From a virus: a stretch of 64,000 nt of DNA. The stretch covers positions 8,457 to 72,456 of the IMG/VR virus record IMGVR_UViG_3300042558_003617; one strand, given 5' to 3'. The notes below the pieces were generated by a model. It worked only from the letters and a program-made list of their open reading frames with translations. It was not told the origin of the DNA and searched no databases. Below, piece by piece: positions 63,979-64,000 of the stretch (positions are counted from its first letter, which is position 1; every line of letters starts with the position of its first letter). Both the position numbers and the translations under genes were made by a program.

Positions 63979-64000
63979 AATCTGTGTTCTAGTTCGAGCA

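Overview
This 64 kb window looks like part of a large (jumbo-type) tailed bacteriophage genome. The host is probably a proteobacterium, inferred from GroEL/ES, an RpoZ starting MAR, a PBP7-like peptidase and consensus sigma70 promoters. Layout: (i) 1-1.9 kb, tail-fibre/structural genes. (ii) 2-24 kb, a dense modification island of glycosyltransferase-like genes, five tandem radical SAM enzymes, a carbamoyltransferase, an amidinotransferase, a DegT aminotransferase and an epimerase. (iii) 24-36 kb, ThyX, a MoxR AAA/VWA pair, ACP, an acetyltransferase, a TauD-like dioxygenase, a circularly permuted two-piece tmRNA, RpoZ, a B12 radical SAM and a YkuK-like protein. (iv) 36-46 kb and 57-60 kb, 39 hand-identified minus-strand tRNA genes interleaved with about a dozen unexplained structured RNAs. 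(v) 46-56 kb, an envelope module (desaturase, PBP7-like peptidase, CHASE2 adenylate cyclase, FecR, curlin-like proteins, CsgG/CsgF). (vi) 60-64 kb, groEL/groES and hypothetical genes. The most striking unannotated signal is a pair of similar leader-peptide/antiterminator/terminator modules (45.5-45.75 kb and 59.7-59.92 kb). The codons placed just before each antiterminator match the tRNAs encoded downstream: TQATTAWS before tRNA-Ala/Trp/Thr/Ser/Gln/Ile, and YEFAFEY before tRNA-Tyr/Glu/Phe. These are candidate ribosome-stalling attenuators that would switch on phage tRNA clusters when cognate host tRNAs run short. All calls are by eye from motifs and base-pairing. No database search or folding program was run, and coordinates of RNA ends may be off by a few nt.
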